This document shows, piece by piece, positions 61,801-64,000 of a stretch of 64,000 nt of DNA. Within the stretch, counting starts at the first letter, position 1. Each line of letters begins with the position of its first letter. The notes beneath the pieces were generated by a model. The model saw only the letters and a program-made list of their open reading frames with translations, was not told where the DNA came from and searched no databases. Source of the stretch: Chiloscyllium plagiosum (lineage: Eukaryota); contig NC_057755.1 in the NCBI RefSeq assembly GCF_004010195.1, positions 6,059,474 through 6,123,473 on the forward strand, in the 5' to 3' direction. Position numbers and translations under genes: made by a program.

Positions 61801-62939
61801 AGGCGCCCTGCTTTCTGAGCTATTTACCTCAAATCGTATATAGTTAAGATTTGACAACAGCTTGCCATGACCTTTTCCTGTCAGAATATGGTAGCTGACT
61901 GCTGTGATAAGAGAATGCAGCTTTTCTTCCAGTGGCGGTTCTGTGCTACAAACAAATTCTCAGAATGGAAGTATGGTTCTGCATTTCTTAGCAAGCCTTG
62001 GTTGCAATCTCCCCTTGGAAACGCAGAGCTGTTTTTTTTATCCAAAAAAAGGGAGGAGACCTGGAATGACAATCTAAGTGAGATTACAGATCCCTGGAAA
62101 ATCTGGCCTGTTATTCCTAATTTGCATCTCCGATACAACTGATTGTAGCTGTCAGATTTCTGGATAAGGATTCTCTATATTCTGTGAAGAACATGACTAA
62201 AATAGGACTGTGAATAGGACACAGTACCGTGAGCTACTTGTCAGTTTCACTTTCTCACCCATATCTCTTGATCCCCATATTGCCCAAACCCAAATGCATC
62301 AGTGCATCCACATCTGCCTGCAGTGAATTCGACAGATGATTTTTTCTCCCCATTTGTCGAAAATGGCTGACCCCATACCTTGAGAATTGATCCCGTTTTA
62401 ATCGAAGTCTCTCTCAAATTGAATACAATCAATGCATTTCCAAACTACTTCTCTCAATATCTTGGACTTCTCTTCACCTCCTAAATGTGTCCCCATCTTT
62501 CCTGCAACTCTATTTGAAAATTTCAAACTATGTTTCTGCCATATCACAGCTATAAATATGAATTAAATAGTTGCAAATGCCAGTTTATGGCTATTACCAT
62601 AGGGCACTATTCCGACTTATGTTTTCAACATTTCTGCAGGCCTTGATAAGGTTGTTCCCGCCATCCTCCTCCATTGCATTTCCTCTATCCAGATGAGGGT
62701 ATGTGCTGTTTGTCGGTTCCATTATTGCATATCAAAGTAATCAGTTGACTCTCTCTGCTATTTCTCACCATTATCATTCCTGCTTATGCTTTGAACGTTT
62801 CTGCCATCCTTGCCAAGGTTGTTCTCGCCATCCTCCGCCATTATGTTTCCTGTTTCCAAGTGAAGGGATGTCATTTTTCTCGGTTCCATTATTGCCTATC
62901 AAAGTAATCTGTTGTCTCTCTCTGCTGTTCCTCATCATT

Positions 62940-63125
62940 ACCATGGTATGTTCCTTGTCCCAGTCCACGTTTCATCTACACTCTGTACTTTTGCTCATCT
63001 TTCGTCATGATATCAGATTTTATATGTGTGCAGATAGCATACAATTGTTGCTGCAGAATTTCTCTATTTCCCCTCCATTGTGTCTTTGCTGTCAGCCCAA
63101 TTGTCTGACCTCCAGTTCTGATTGA
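62940..63125 (+). mobile_element. L2/CR1-group RT fragment
   Basis: IFRHDIRFYMCADSIQL resembles the RT motif FHMYADDTQL. Confidence 0.45.
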
Positions 63126-64000
63126 AGTGAATTTATTTAAAGAATACTCATTTCAAGGACCAAAATCCTTATCTTTGTCTCCAAACAGAACTCTATTCGC
63201 TCATTATGGGTTCCAGCCTCCTTCCCTGCTAGTGTTTAAATCTGAACTAGATTGTTCTACGCCCCTTCTCTATTTTGACTCTGATCTGATCATTTTATCA
63301 CACATAGCTTCTGTTTGTATATATTCTAAGAACAAGTGTCCATGGGGATGTGTGCACACACATGCAAGTGTTCATCTTACAATTAATGGTTCCAGATAGC
63401 AACAAGATTGACTTCATACCAAAGCAAATTTTAAAATCTAAATTTAAAATGGGTTCAAGTTCTGGAGTCTTCTGGAGTTTCGAAAAATTACAACTGACAT
63501 TTAACATTTGGACACTGGTTAATTTAGAACATAGCATTTCTTTCTGTTTTACTTTCACGAATTGATCTGCAATGTCTATGTTACACAATGCCATTACCAA
63601 CATTCCATCCGAAAGGTCCTCTGTTCAATATTATCTGATAATTGAGAGTAAAATGCATTTGTAATCACATTTCCTTTTTCTATTTTGCAGGATTGGAGGG
63701 GAATCACTTGCTGTTGGACTAAACCTTTACACTAAGCCTTTTTTTGGGGGGTTACAACTAAGTATGGCGAGACTGGTAAGAGCAATGCATTTGAATTGCC
63801 GAGATAAAGCAAAAGTTGAGTTTACCAATCAAAAGTTTACTTTTTGAAATAAACAGCATTTCTATGGATCATCCTGCACAAATAAAGAAGGCAGAAATCA
63901 AACGTTTCGAAAACAAATCAAATTTCTAGAGCTGGAACTATCTTATATTATTGTGAATACAAAGGTGAATTGCTGTGTAAAGCAATGCAGTCCTTGATAA

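Overview
Repeat-rich vertebrate genomic DNA, most likely from a cartilaginous fish (shark). That assignment is inferred from HE1/V-SINE-like SINEs, abundant CR1 LINEs and shark-type GPR139-like receptors. I see no intact protein-coding gene. The backbone is a decayed tandem cluster of at least six GPR139/GPR142-like class A GPCR pseudogenes in both orientations. Three of them keep a two-exon structure, and two pairs lie in recognisable duplicated blocks. The cluster has been invaded by many CR1 LINEs (one nested inside another), two Gypsy LTR remnants (the larger with Gmr1-type integrase-before-RT order and a tRNA-Pro PBS), Penelope-like elements (PLEs), a Tx1 LINE fragment, a Tigger-like MITE, SINEs and a 33-bp minisatellite. 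The most notable signals are: (1) dispersed, covarying minimal type I hammerhead ribozyme motifs at PLE termini, including a TSD-flanked palindrome carrying two opposed copies; (2) a tRNA-Ser/CR1 chimeric retrocopy; (3) the birth-and-death GPCR array itself. All calls come from reading the sequence by eye, so boundaries are approximate unless a junction is quoted.
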